Shown piece by piece: positions 37,824 to 47,728 of a stretch of 64,000 nt of DNA. The stretch spans positions 124,001 to 188,000 of IMG/VR virus record IMGVR_UViG_3300009093_000035; one strand, 5' to 3'. The notes below the pieces were generated by a model. That model worked only from the letters and a program-made list of their open reading frames with translations. It was not told the DNA's origin and searched no databases. Within the stretch, counting starts at the first letter, position 1, and each line of letters opens with the position of its first letter. The translations under genes were made by a program, and so were the position numbers.

Positions 37824-38353
37824 ACCTTCAGGGGAGAGCCGCTGTCATTGAACAAGCGTTCGATGACGTACCCGTCCCCCTCCTTCCTCATCGACCAGAG
37901 ATCTTTCGTGGCCTTGTGGATGAGGTCGTCTCCGGCCGACTTCATGAAGTCGGAGAGGTCCCCGATACAGGCCACGCGCTTCGAGAACGCCGACTGGACG
38001 GGCTTCGCCGAGCGAAGATGCTCGCGGTGGACCGGGAGGAAGCTCCCTGAGTCCCACTTCACGAACACCAGCCCGTCCATCGCCGTGATGTCCCCGGACG
38101 CGGACCGGACCGTCACCACTTCGCCCTCCGCCCCGGCCTCCGGAGGCTCCGCGTAGGCGAGAAGGGCCCCGAGGTTCCCTCGGAACGAGACCCGCGTACC
38201 GGCCCCTACGGGCAGCGGAAGACCGCTCGCCTCCCGACCCGCGTCGGAAAGGCTTCGGATCGACTCCCCGGGCGTGCGAAGATGGCCCAGATGCTCGTCG
38301 ATAGACGAGGCTTCCGAGTGCATTCCGTTGGTCAGTTCGTCCCAGAAAGACAT
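37820..38353 (-). CDS. Hypothetical late-operon protein
   Basis: SH3-like VFVKWD segment and DLIHKATKDLWSM..YVIERLF domain. Confidence 0.7.
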   Translation of the reverse strand: MSFWDELTNGMHSEASSIDEHLGHLRTPGESIRSLSDAGREASGLPLPVGAGTRVSFRGNLGALLAYAEPPEAGAEGEVVTVRSASGDITAMDGLVFVKWDSGSFLPVHREHLRSAKPVQSAFSKRVACIGDLSDFMKSAGDDLIHKATKDLWSMRKEGDGYVIERLFNDSGSPLKV

Positions 38354-38360
38354 TCAGTCC

Positions 38361-39548
38361 TCACAGCGCCACGACGGTCCAAAGAACCGTCGTGGTTACT
38401 ACACTGCCGAAAGTGATAGTGAATCCAGTGGCCGACTTCCCAGAGATGGTGTAGGAGGTAGAAACCCCCGTATCCAAGAGAACCGAGTAGTTGGCGTCCG
38501 GGCGGGCGACCGTGAAGGTGACCGAGTGGGTAGTAGCGGCCACGAAGGAGACCGAGCCTGACGCGAAGGTCACGTCGATCGTCCCGGTCCCGGCGAGCGT
38601 TCCGGTCTGAGAGTCGGTGACTACGAGCGCCGAGGTACCTCCGGCGGTGAGGTTCCCGACGATCGAGTTCTGGACCGACCCGCCCCGGTTTCCGTTCACG
38701 GTGACGGTCCCGACGTTCGTACATCCGAAGATCTTCAGATTCCCGGCGTTCTGAAGGGTGGACAGCATCGGACCGATGTTCCGACACTTCTCGAAGACGT
38801 ACGCCGAACTCGTGACCACGGGGATCGGTCCGCCCGTGTCGTAGTCGGCCTGAGTAGCAGGGTGCGTACCGCCCGAGACGATGAACGAGGCGCACTGGGA
38901 GATCCCAAGGACCGCCGAGGCGTCGCTCTCATCCGAGGTGCAGTTGTCCATCTGGACGAAGTTCGCGACGGAAGCGCGGCAGGTGTAGCTACCGACGCCC
39001 TTCGCAGCGAGGTTACAGTTCTTCAGGAAGATCCCGCCGAACCCGACCGAGAGCCCGGGACCCCCCGAGATCAACACGCACTCCTTTCCGGCGAAGGCAG
39101 TCGTGATACGCATCCCCTGGATCAGGGTCGTAAGCGGAGTCGTGAGGACCCCGGACGTGATCGTGACCGTCGGGAGGTTGGTGACTCCGGTGATGGTAGC
39201 CTGGCCCATCCCGACGATCGCCACGCCGTCCTTGTTGATGATGATGTTCTCCAGGTAGATACCCGGGAAACACAGGATCACGAAGGGATTCGTCGCGCTC
39301 GCATTCGAGGGGATCGAGTCCAGAGCGGATTGGATCGTCAGGTACTTCGCCCCCGAGCCCGCTCGACCAACAATTCGAACCCCATCGATCGCCGAAAGGC
39401 TGGCGAGGTCCGAAAGGTTGATCCCGGTGGTGATGACCGCGTCTTGGAAACGCAGCGACCCCGTGGGGACATCGCGCGTGATCTTCAGAGTCTGACCGGA
39501 GGACGGTTCGATCTGGAGGGCATCGGACTGGAACGGAGGCTGGGCCAT
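38361..39548 (-). CDS. Beta-helix fibre/spike protein
   Basis: KYLTIQSALD..PGIYLE beta-helix cap; C-terminal VTF..PDANYSV..SATGFTI fibre-tip-like domain. Confidence 0.75.
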   Translation of the reverse strand: MAQPPFQSDALQIEPSSGQTLKITRDVPTGSLRFQDAVITTGINLSDLASLSAIDGVRIVGRAGSGAKYLTIQSALDSIPSNASATNPFVILCFPGIYLENIIINKDGVAIVGMGQATITGVTNLPTVTITSGVLTTPLTTLIQGMRITTAFAGKECVLISGGPGLSVGFGGIFLKNCNLAAKGVGSYTCRASVANFVQMDNCTSDESDASAVLGISQCASFIVSGGTHPATQADYDTGGPIPVVTSSAYVFEKCRNIGPMLSTLQNAGNLKIFGCTNVGTVTVNGNRGGSVQNSIVGNLTAGGTSALVVTDSQTGTLAGTGTIDVTFASGSVSFVAATTHSVTFTVARPDANYSVLLDTGVSTSYTISGKSATGFTITFGSVVTTTVLWTVVAL

Positions 39549-39558
39549 CCTACTCTCC

Positions 39559-39987
39559 TCAGACGAACACGTCGTAACCGACGGTTCCGGTGTAACTCAC
39601 CCCCAGCTCGATCGTGAACCCGGTGGTGGTCTTGTTGGTGATACGCCAGGAGATGAAGTCCGGGAGAGTGACATAGACCCGGTACGTCGTTCCGACGAAC
39701 GGTGTAGAGAACGACACCGCCTGACTCGTCTGAGTCACGAAAGAGAGGTTCCCGTTGACTGCGCTGGTCTGGGCCACTAGGTTCTCCACCTGACTGATCG
39801 CCAACTCGATGTCATTGACGACCGATAGAGGAACTCCGGTCTGGGAGTCGATGATCCGACCCGTCGGCGTCTGGATGTTCTTCAGGGAGATTCTACCAGC
39901 CTGATCTTGGGTGATCGTGAAGTAGTAGAAGACCCCGGCCGAACCCGACCGGTACGTGAAATCGAAGACGGCTCGGTCGAGTGCCAT
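39559..39987 (-). CDS. Virion protein with the same C-terminal fibre-tip-like domain
   Basis: VSFSTPF..TYRV..NKTTTGFTI; start MALDR at 39987. Confidence 0.65.
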   Translation of the reverse strand: MALDRAVFDFTYRSGSAGVFYYFTITQDQAGRISLKNIQTPTGRIIDSQTGVPLSVVNDIELAISQVENLVAQTSAVNGNLSFVTQTSQAVSFSTPFVGTTYRVYVTLPDFISWRITNKTTTGFTIELGVSYTGTVGYDVFV

Positions 39988-39995
39988 TCCCGTTC

Positions 39996-40322
39996 CTACC
40001 AGATGAAGTTCGTCTCGAACCCGCGAGACTCCATCCACGCCGCGAGCTTCCGGAGCCCGTCGCAGTCGGAGGCCCAAACCTCGATCGTGTTCGTCCCGAC
40101 GATCTCTCGAACCCCCAGGTTCTGGATCGAAGCCAGGGAGCCGATCCGGCTCTTCCCGTCCCTCCAGGACCGCAAGGATCCGACGAGAAGCCTCATGTCC
40201 AGCTCGGACTTCCCCGAGCCCGCCATGACGGTGAATCGGAATTCCTCGGTGGAATTCGCTGAAATCCAACGGTCCGCCACCTGACGGGCCATCGCGATCT
40301 TTACTTCAGGCCGTAGTTCCAA
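39996..40322 (-). CDS. Hypothetical protein, first gene of the putative late operon
   Basis: TTG at 40322 with GAGGA SD; CGTT-N7-CTAT at 40352-40366. Confidence 0.6.
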   Translation of the reverse strand: MELRPEVKIAMARQVADRWISANSTEEFRFTVMAGSGKSELDMRLLVGSLRSWRDGKSRIGSLASIQNLGVREIVGTNTIEVWASDCDGLRKLAAWMESRGFETNFIW

Positions 40323-40372
40323 CTCGGGTTCCTCTTCCCAGGAGGGAATGGATAGGTTGGAAAACGCCCAAC

Positions 40373-40984
40373 TCAGTCGATCACGCAGTCGATCCGAGAA
40401 GTCGGAGTCCGACGGCGACGAACTTCCCTCATGATGTTGAGGTTGTCCGCGATCATCTTGAAGATGTCCGAGTAGAAAGCCATCGACTCGTCGGCCGACA
40501 TCTTCTTGATCGAACGAATGAACCGGTGTCGGACGAGCCCCTGCGAAACCTTCAGTCGCTTCGCGCTCTCGCTCTGACACGTCGTCTCGTACATGAACAT
40601 CATGATGTCGATGTCCATGGGGTCTGTCATGAACCGGGAGAGATCCGCTCTCATCTGAACCACATCCACCTTCGGGAGGATCAGAAGGAACTTGATTCGA
40701 TCGATCGCTCGATAGAGACGATAGCAGACTGTGGGTTGACTCACCCCGAAGATCGACGCGATGTCGGTCTGCTTGACATGCTTGAAGAAGTACATGTCCA
40801 TGAAGTCGGCTTCGACGGGAGGGAGGAGGTCGAGCATCCCCTTCACCTTGTCCATCATCTTGACGTCGTCCTCGTCAGGCTCGGTGAACACCGAACCGAA
40901 GTACGAGAGGGAGTCCTCCGTAGAGAACACCGCGTCCGGATCAAACGAGGCGGCTGAGCCCCGAAAATTTTGACTCGTCTTCAT
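40373..40984 (-). CDS. Protein with two tandem sigma70 region-4-like HTH domains
   Basis: LPPVE..KQTDIASIFGVSQPTVCYRLYRA and CQSESAKRLKVSQGLVRHRFIRS. Confidence 0.75.
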   Translation of the reverse strand: MKTSQNFRGSAASFDPDAVFSTEDSLSYFGSVFTEPDEDDVKMMDKVKGMLDLLPPVEADFMDMYFFKHVKQTDIASIFGVSQPTVCYRLYRAIDRIKFLLILPKVDVVQMRADLSRFMTDPMDIDIMMFMYETTCQSESAKRLKVSQGLVRHRFIRSIKKMSADESMAFYSDIFKMIADNLNIMREVRRRRTPTSRIDCVID

Positions 40985-41014
40985 TCGGGGACCTCAAGAG
41001 AGACCCTGTTGGTC

Positions 41015-41623
41015 TCAATCCTCAGGGATATACTCGGGACCTACGGCGACGTCAAGAGGGTCGACTTCGCTGAGAGTATCCTCTCCTGAGTTCTCCGAGA
41101 CGTCTACCAGAAAGACCTTGGGCAACCAAGTCACGACGTCGATAGACCTGAGTGTGATACGAACGGCAGCACGATCTCCGTTCAAATCTACCACTTCGCC
41201 CTCCAGGTGGGTGTAGTTCCCACCTGTGATTTTCACCTTCGCCTCGATCTCGATGTCTGAAGAGACCTGACTCCTCAGCTGGTCCATCATGCCTCGAATC
41301 TTCGAGTCGGGGACCGTCTGGAGCGTTCGAAGATTGTAGGGTCCCGAGGAGGACATGACTCGGCTCACCAGCGCTCCGCGCTCTAGAGCAAAGTACCGGG
41401 TCTCCGTTAGACCGGAGCCTACGAACGCGTAACCCTCGATCAGGCGGACCGAGACTTTTCTCCCGCCCTTCGAGTAACTGGTGTAGGGAACGAAGATCGG
41501 ATGGGACTCGGGGATAGACAGACCGCTACGCAACGCTTCTACGAGCGTTCCGTCGATCGCCTTCTGTTCACCCGCCTTGGTCAGCTCCAGCGCTACCCAA
41601 GTTATCTTGTCCCGAACGTCCAT
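41015..41623 (-). CDS. NusG/RfaH-family transcription elongation factor
   Basis: NGN: W..L, IFVP..RLIEGYAFV. KOW: KVKITGGNYTHLEGEVV. Confidence 0.85.
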   Translation of the reverse strand: MDVRDKITWVALELTKAGEQKAIDGTLVEALRSGLSIPESHPIFVPYTSYSKGGRKVSVRLIEGYAFVGSGLTETRYFALERGALVSRVMSSSGPYNLRTLQTVPDSKIRGMMDQLRSQVSSDIEIEAKVKITGGNYTHLEGEVVDLNGDRAAVRITLRSIDVVTWLPKVFLVDVSENSGEDTLSEVDPLDVAVGPEYIPED

Positions 41624-42932
41624 TCTTCTTTTCGGTCTCCAACTCGTCGAACCTCCCCCTCACAAGCCTGAAGAACTCCAGGGGCTTGATAGAGGAAGAA
41701 GAAGCCACTGGGGTGGGAACAACCTCTCCAGGACTCCTGACCGCTCGGGGGTGGACGTACACATCGTCAACCAACTTCGGTTCCCCGCCGTCAGTCTTTA
41801 CCGTACCTGACTCTGCTTGGATAGGCGAGGGTGTCGGAGCGGGGGCTGAAGAATAGAACCGGGGAGGAGCCACCGCGTCCTCATGTAGCTGGGCGATATC
41901 GCACAACAACATAGAGGCACTGGGACGCAACGGACGCGACGAGAACCGACTCGCGTAGGCGAGTAGACGGCTCCCCTCCTTCCTCCCGATCTCCTGGACC
42001 TTCCCCCGGTCCATGTATGAAGGAATCAAGGCCAGGCCCAACCCGGCTCGATACGCCAGCATCGACGCGTCCGAGAGTCTCTCGTAGAGAGTGGTAGGGT
42101 TCGTGCTACCCAAAAGCTCCGAGACCTTCTGAAGAGCGGAGGGAAGATCCGAGTAGATCGAAGAGAGAATGTCCATCACCATGAGATGGACATCCAGGTG
42201 AAGGTACTGGGCCGCGTTCTCCCGAGTGATCGCGCCGAGCTTCGAGACACCCTCCACCGCCTTCAGGGCGTCTCGGATGTGACACTCAGTCAGCTCACCA
42301 ATCAGCTCCAAGGCCTCCTTCTCGTAGGAGAGTCCTTCCTCCTTACACACCGCCTCCAACCGCAAGGCGATCTGAATCGGCTTCACCGGCTTGATCAAGA
42401 ACGCCGGGGCGCAGCGAGACAGGATCGTCGCCTTCATCCGCTCCGGCTCGGTGGTACAGAAGATACAGACCAAGCTCTTGTTCTGAGAGCCCGGAATTCC
42501 TTCCTCCATCGGCTTCAGGAGTGCGTCGAGCGCGTCCTGGCTGAGTCGGTGGGATTCGTCGAAGAGGTGTATCCGCTGCTTCCCTGAGAAGGAAGCGTAG
42601 GTGATCTCCTCGGTGATTTTCCGAATCGAATCCTTACCGCTGTTGGTGGCCGCGTCTACCTCAACGAAGTTCTCGGAGGTACCACCGATCAGAATCGACT
42701 TGCACGAGATACAGGCGTCGCAGGCCTGGCCATCGACCGGGGCCTCGCACAAAAGAGACCGGGCCAGGATCCGACCCACCGTCGTCTTCCCGGATCCCCA
42801 AGGACCCGCGAAGAGATAGCTCTGGTGGAACCCGGCTCCGGTGCTCACGTACTGCCTCAAGATTGAGACGGTACTCTCTTGTCCGAGAAGATCTTCGTAC
42901 CTCTGGGGACGGTATTTCGTGTCGAGGGCCAA
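41568..42932 (-). CDS. dnaX: DNA polymerase III gamma/tau clamp-loader subunit
   Basis: KYRPQ, GPWGSGKTT, CDACISC, EVDAA, DESH, TILSRC. Confidence 0.93.
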   Translation of the reverse strand: MALDTKYRPQRYEDLLGQESTVSILRQYVSTGAGFHQSYLFAGPWGSGKTTVGRILARSLLCEAPVDGQACDACISCKSILIGGTSENFVEVDAATNSGKDSIRKITEEITYASFSGKQRIHLFDESHRLSQDALDALLKPMEEGIPGSQNKSLVCIFCTTEPERMKATILSRCAPAFLIKPVKPIQIALRLEAVCKEEGLSYEKEALELIGELTECHIRDALKAVEGVSKLGAITRENAAQYLHLDVHLMVMDILSSIYSDLPSALQKVSELLGSTNPTTLYERLSDASMLAYRAGLGLALIPSYMDRGKVQEIGRKEGSRLLAYASRFSSRPLRPSASMLLCDIAQLHEDAVAPPRFYSSAPAPTPSPIQAESGTVKTDGGEPKLVDDVYVHPRAVRSPGEVVPTPVASSSSIKPLEFFRLVRGRFDELETEKKNGRSGQDNLGSAGADQGG

Positions 42933-42935
42933 GTG

Positions 42936-43199
42936 CTATCGCCTTCCGCTCCGAGAGAGCGCAGTGAGAATCACCTCCGGAAAGTCCTCGGGCTCTTCGA
43001 TCCGAACTCGTAGGAGGTCGCCGAGGTACTCTACGGTCACCCCCTCCTCCGTAGCCTGGCCCGAGCCGTAGCTACGGAGGAGGAATTTCGCCGCGTCCGG
43101 ATTCCCCGTCTTCAGGGTCCCGAAGCTCTTCCCGTCCTTACGAAGAACGAAGACGTAATCGGAGTACGGGTCGACGACGATGGGGTCTTCGAACCTCAC
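42936..43199 (-). CDS. Hypothetical protein
   Basis: GTGA-coupled. Confidence 0.55.
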   Translation of the reverse strand: MRFEDPIVVDPYSDYVFVLRKDGKSFGTLKTGNPDAAKFLLRSYGSGQATEEGVTVEYLGDLLRVRIEEPEDFPEVILTALSRSGRR

Positions 43200-43723
43200 C
43201 CTTCCTCGTCCTCCGCCTCGACCTTCTTCTTCCCCTTCGGAGCCTTCTCCCCGGAGCCCGAGACGAGACCGAGCAGCTCCTCGACGTCAGCCGAAGAACC
43301 CTCTTCCTGCTGGGGGCGAGTCCGCCAGTCCCCGTGACGCTTCAGCTCGTCCCAGAAGAAGGCGACGTCCGGAGACGCGATCGAGCACTTCAGCTCCGCC
43401 GTCTCTTCGTCGATCTCGACGCGACAGGCGCAAAGGAGATGGTCGATCAGAGCGCCCTGCTGAGCGTTCGTGAGCGTCGCCCACTCGTCGGCCGCGATCT
43501 CGATGATGAACTTGAAGTTCGTGTCCTTCCGACCAAGGATGTCGAGGATGTGGGGGGCCTTCTTGCTCGTCCCGAGGACGACCTGGCCCCCCCGCTTCGT
43601 CGCCTTCTCCTTGAAGAGAACGGCGATGTCCTTGTCGACCGAGGCGAGGGTCGGGTGGTGGTTGGCGATGTAGTGCTGGACGACCGCCATCACGTCTTTG
43701 CCTGCTTCCCAAACGTCACTCAT
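43196..43723 (-). CDS. Phage metallopeptidase-like protein with a degenerate HExxH
   Basis: FIIEI..DEW..L..ALIDHLLCAC..PDV..F..RHG. Confidence 0.65.
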   Translation of the reverse strand: MSDVWEAGKDVMAVVQHYIANHHPTLASVDKDIAVLFKEKATKRGGQVVLGTSKKAPHILDILGRKDTNFKFIIEIAADEWATLTNAQQGALIDHLLCACRVEIDEETAELKCSIASPDVAFFWDELKRHGDWRTRPQQEEGSSADVEELLGLVSGSGEKAPKGKKKVEAEDEEG

Positions 43724-44448
43724 GCTGCTTCTCCTAGAAAGACACGTCTCATGTTTCGAATCCCGCCAGCGGACCAGACCTCTCCGGGATCTTTGCCTCG
43801 GTACCGGTAGTCGGTAGCTCTCAGACCGGACTTCCGTAGGAGGGTGAGAGCGCCAGGATGTTTCTTTCCTGTCTTCTCATCTTCCCAACCGAGCGTTGCT
43901 TTACGCCCCGTCGCATCGTTGTCGTACACCATATACACTTGGTTCTGAAGAAACCTTGTAAGGAAGTCCAGGTGAGACCGAGAAAGACGCGCGGTCAGCG
44001 TCGCTATCACGACGTCGGTATCCGGGACTATCATCCTCATCGGAAGAAGGTCGAAGATCCCTTCAGTGACCCAGACCGAACCCCCCTCCCACATCTTCCT
44101 CGCTGCCTCAGGGGCGTTCACCATGACCGGATTCCATCTCGCTTCCGGAGTCCGGAACTCTGAGATGGCTTTCTCGGCCATCGACCGGGCCTCAACCCCG
44201 ATCAGGCCTCCGCTCGGCGACAGGAGCGGGTAGACCAATCGACCAGTCCACCGCTCTCCACGATTTCCGTACCGCTCTCGAAAGAGGGGGTCTGGAGCCG
44301 TGGTATTCGCCGGGACCCACTCTACGAATCGGAAGTGCTCGATGGCCTCTGGAGTAGCCCCTCTCCCGAGGAGGTACCCCTCGGCTTCTTCAGACAGAGA
44401 GAGATTCCGGAGATGGTCTGATAGCCAGAGCGCGATCTCCGAGGTCAC
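43720..44448 (-). CDS. DnaG-type primase, catalytic/TOPRIM core only
   Basis: YLLGRG, RLVYP, VTEGIFD, YDND..G, KDPGE; no N-terminal CHC2 zinc finger. Confidence 0.85.
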   Translation of the reverse strand: MTSEIALWLSDHLRNLSLSEEAEGYLLGRGATPEAIEHFRFVEWVPANTTAPDPLFRERYGNRGERWTGRLVYPLLSPSGGLIGVEARSMAEKAISEFRTPEARWNPVMVNAPEAARKMWEGGSVWVTEGIFDLLPMRMIVPDTDVVIATLTARLSRSHLDFLTRFLQNQVYMVYDNDATGRKATLGWEDEKTGKKHPGALTLLRKSGLRATDYRYRGKDPGEVWSAGGIRNMRRVFLGEAA

Positions 44449-45017
44449 CAGCGCCCCAGTACCGCCATTCCCCGACTGGGATTGTGAACCGCCGCCGTCC
44501 AATGACTCTCTCCCATGCTCCCGATCAAACCCAGATAGCTTCGATCTTTCGGGACGACCACCGCTCGTCCCTCGGGGATCCAGGATACCTTGGTTGTAGT
44601 TACTCCCTCAGGTACGTCCAGAGAACCCTTCTCCGAGAGGAGAACCTCGACGTCCGGGATACCGTAGGAACGGACGTAGACCACGGCTTTCTTGATACCC
44701 GTCCGGGTAGCCAGGAACCCGTTCCCCCACTTGCGCTTCCGGCCCTCCGAGGCCACCTCGGAGACGACCTCCTCAAAGAAGGAGACCGAGGGCTTCCCTA
44801 GGCGAACCGCCGCTCGTAGAGCCCCCGAACGGGCCTCCCCTGAGACCCTAGCTCGAAGGGGTTGAGAGCCGGCTCGGACCGACTCGATCCAGATCAGCGT
44901 CTTCGTTCCGCTCACCAGGTAGGGACCAACCTCCATGGAGACGGGAATCTCGACCATGAACGGGGCTCTCTTGTTGGTGAGGGCCGCCATCGGAACCGGT
45001 TGAAGAAGCTCATCCAC
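44445..45017 (-). CDS. Hypothetical protein
   Basis: 190 aa, coupled on both sides. Confidence 0.65.
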   Translation of the reverse strand: MDELLQPVPMAALTNKRAPFMVEIPVSMEVGPYLVSGTKTLIWIESVRAGSQPLRARVSGEARSGALRAAVRLGKPSVSFFEEVVSEVASEGRKRKWGNGFLATRTGIKKAVVYVRSYGIPDVEVLLSEKGSLDVPEGVTTTKVSWIPEGRAVVVPKDRSYLGLIGSMGESHWTAAVHNPSRGMAVLGRW

Positions 45018-45567
45018 GGCGGAAGAACCCCATCAACCAAGCCCACACGATCTGGAAGTAGGTAGGTCGAAATCGGGCGATCTCGAAAGAGGGACCCAGA
45101 GTCGAAAAGTCTTCGAGACCCTCTTTCGACTCCTGTATGACCGGCTCTTCCTTCGGCTCTTCGAGAGTCTCAGTAGGCTCTGAGATCTCCCGGGCCGTCT
45201 CCTCCATGTCGTCCAGAACCCACACGAGAGCCGCCATGTCTGGGTAACGCTCCGCGATCGCCCCGAACTCAGACGTCTTCAAGAACTCGTCGAAGTCCGA
45301 CTTCAACCGTTCCTTCGTATTGAGGCACTGGTACAGGGAGCAGCCCTCGGCTCGATTGTCGAGATTCCCGTCGCAGACCCCGCCGTTCCAGTCGGGCGTA
45401 CCGGCGCCGTGGAGACAGACCCCTACTTGACCAAGGACAGGAAGTTCGATCTTCCCGTTGAACGAGCAGTTCTCCGACTTCCGAGATAGGCCGTTGCGCA
45501 CTTCTCGTTTCAGGTGCCGAAAACGGACCTGGGAGAGCTTGTGCTTGATTCGTCCTTCTGTTTTCAC
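45010..45567 (-). CDS. Hypothetical protein with five spaced Cys
   Basis: 185 aa. Confidence 0.65.
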   Translation of the reverse strand: MKTEGRIKHKLSQVRFRHLKREVRNGLSRKSENCSFNGKIELPVLGQVGVCLHGAGTPDWNGGVCDGNLDNRAEGCSLYQCLNTKERLKSDFDEFLKTSEFGAIAERYPDMAALVWVLDDMEETAREISEPTETLEEPKEEPVIQESKEGLEDFSTLGPSFEIARFRPTYFQIVWAWLMGFFRRG

Positions 45568-45604
45568 GGAGAACCAGTCGGAAAGGGATTGTTGACGCGG
45601 AGGC

Positions 45605-46234
45605 TCATCGGATCTTCACGAAGGACGCCCCGTCCTTCTCTCGACGGATTCGATACGCCGAATCAGCCGCCTCCACCAACAAGGGATTGTGCGTCACGAG
45701 GAGGATGTCCACCCCCGTTCGGGCACAAAGAGTCTTGAGGAAGTTGGCCATGTTCAGAACGTACTTCTCGTCGAACGTTGGAAGGGACTCGTCCAGGAAC
45801 AGAACCGGACGCAACCCTCTCCGGAAGATCAGGGCTAGGCGAAGAAGTACAGACTGTACGGTCGAAACCGCCCCTCCGAATCCTTCTAGGCTATCGCCCT
45901 CGATCGAAGCCCCGTTCTTGATCTGGGAAGTGAGGAGAGAGACGTTGACCTTCCCCCTCAGGAACTCGACCTCGGCTCTCACCTTCAAGTCGAGGTCGTC
46001 GAAGACGGTCCGTACACCCTCGCTCTGGAGCGTCTCGATCGCCTTCACGCCTTCGGTGATCTCCGAGTCGATCAGAGATCGAATCAAGGCGGAGACGAGG
46101 TCAAGTAGCTCGACCCGTTCCCCCAAAGAACGAACCGCGGCTTGGGAGGCCTTCAGAGCTTCCCGAGCCGCGTCCCTACGTCCGAGGATCCGTGAGGTCT
46201 CCTCGACGAGGCTCTTCAGGCGATCTTCTTCCAC
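45605..46234 (-). CDS. SbcC/Rad50 C-terminal half (signature, Walker B, H-loop)
   Basis: FGGA signature variant, LFLDES, LLVTH; real start probably the GTG at 46234. Confidence 0.85.
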   Translation of the reverse strand: MEEDRLKSLVEETSRILGRRDAAREALKASQAAVRSLGERVELLDLVSALIRSLIDSEITEGVKAIETLQSEGVRTVFDDLDLKVRAEVEFLRGKVNVSLLTSQIKNGASIEGDSLEGFGGAVSTVQSVLLRLALIFRRGLRPVLFLDESLPTFDEKYVLNMANFLKTLCARTGVDILLVTHNPLLVEAADSAYRIRREKDGASFVKIR

Positions 46235-47433
46235 GTCACAGTCGTCACGTAGCGATCCGGCCCGCGCTCGTCCTGGACACGGATCCAGCCCCACTTGTCC
46301 CGCTTCGCGATGCCGAAGCGGACCTTGTCTCCGACGCACGCGCCGAGGAGGCGAAGGATGTAGTCGCTGCTGACCGCGAACCCGCTCTCGGGAAGCTCGT
46401 TCTCGATCTCGTCCCTCTGACCCTGGGTCTCGACCGGGAGATCGTAGCTCATGGGCTTCCCGTTCGTCGCCGACTTCATCGTGAAGACGACCTTGCCCGG
46501 ACGGATCTGGAACCGGAGGGTCGTGTCTTCCTGGGCCGCTCCGGAGGAGAGGAACTTCGTCGCGGACTTCACTTCGTCCTTCGCGATCTCCACCCAGTAG
46601 TCGTCCTTCGCCTCCCAATCCACCTTGAAGTCGGGGAAGCGCTTGTCGAACTTCGACTCCCCGAACACGGCGCCGTCGCCGCGCTTGAGGAACATGGCCT
46701 TCTCGCTCTCCCAGATCTCGACCTCGGGCTCGACGGCCGCTTCGGTCTTCCCGTCCGCCGGCTTCCCCTCTTCCGTCTTCTCGGTCGTCTTCTCGGGCTT
46801 CACCTTGAAGGTTCCGAGGAACGAGAGGATCGGAGCCGAGTCCTTCCCGAAGATCCGAAGGGCCGAGTTCTCCAGGCCCCCCATCTTCACGATCGAGACG
46901 GCGACGAGATCGGTCGAGAGAAGGCACCCGTCACGGACCTCCGCGACGCAGAACTGAGGCGTCTTCGCGTCGTCCTCGAAGATGAAGGTCTTCGAGTGGG
47001 CGATCGCAGCCGAGAGACGCTCCGCCGCGATCGAAGCCGTCTTCGTCGCCTTCGTCCCGAGGATGTCGTCCCAGAACGGGAAGCGCTGGGGGTCGAGGCC
47101 CGAGAGGGTGACCTCGCCGCGTCCGGCCCCGACCGTGATCTCTCCGGCGCCGTTGTCCGAGAAGTCGAGGACCGAATCGTCCCTCAGAGCTTCGAGGAGC
47201 ATGTTGACGCGCTTCGCCTCGACGGTGAAGGGCTTCCCCGTCTCTCCCTCGAAGGCGGCCGGCATCGGACACGAGGAGAAGACGCGCCCGTTGTAGGCGA
47301 GGACCTCCACCCGGTTCTCGCTCTTCGCGCGGAAGAGGTAGTGGCAGGAGATGTCTCCGGAACCAGCTGCGACCGTATGGGACACGACTCGGAGCGCGGT
47401 GTCTAGGTCGCGCTTGGCTACTTTGAACTTCAT
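46216..47433 (-). CDS. dnaN: DNA polymerase III beta sliding clamp
   Basis: MKFKV.K.DL..AL, DPQRFP, STD, RFPDF; about 400 aa three-domain layout. Confidence 0.8.
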   Translation of the reverse strand: MKFKVAKRDLDTALRVVSHTVAAGSGDISCHYLFRAKSENRVEVLAYNGRVFSSCPMPAAFEGETGKPFTVEAKRVNMLLEALRDDSVLDFSDNGAGEITVGAGRGEVTLSGLDPQRFPFWDDILGTKATKTASIAAERLSAAIAHSKTFIFEDDAKTPQFCVAEVRDGCLLSTDLVAVSIVKMGGLENSALRIFGKDSAPILSFLGTFKVKPEKTTEKTEEGKPADGKTEAAVEPEVEIWESEKAMFLKRGDGAVFGESKFDKRFPDFKVDWEAKDDYWVEIAKDEVKSATKFLSSGAAQEDTTLRFQIRPGKVVFTMKSATNGKPMSYDLPVETQGQRDEIENELPESGFAVSSDYILRLLGACVGDKVRFGIAKRDKWGWIRVQDERGPDRYVTTVTWKKIA

Positions 47434-47450
47434 CCTCGGATCCTCCTGAT

Positions 47451-47717
47451 TCACATGAAGGGCTTGATCGCCCGTTCCGCCTCGACCAACTGTGACTCCA
47501 ACTCTGACACCGACGTAGCCAGAGCCGATTCCAACTTCTGAATCGTCTCGTCCACCTTGTCCGGATCGATCTTCTTCGCCAGAAGCTCGTTCCGGATCGA
47601 CTCCACGTTCTTCTCGGCCTCTTCCAGGCGACCCAACACCCGGTCCTTCGCCGAGGACAGTTCATCACGGCGCTTGAGAGCCGTTTCGATTCGAGTCTTG
47701 AGATCAGTCGACGACAC
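47451..47717 (-). CDS. Small coiled-coil protein
   Basis: Heptad pattern over the whole length. Confidence 0.7.
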   Translation of the reverse strand: MSSTDLKTRIETALKRRDELSSAKDRVLGRLEEAEKNVESIRNELLAKKIDPDKVDETIQKLESALATSVSELESQLVEAERAIKPFM

Positions 47718-47728
47718 GAGACTCCCCT

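Noticed and set aside
46235-46927. N-terminal 231 aa of track ORF 45605..46927
   Set aside because: Arg/Gly-rich alternative-frame read of dnaN; SbcC-like sequence begins near 46234.
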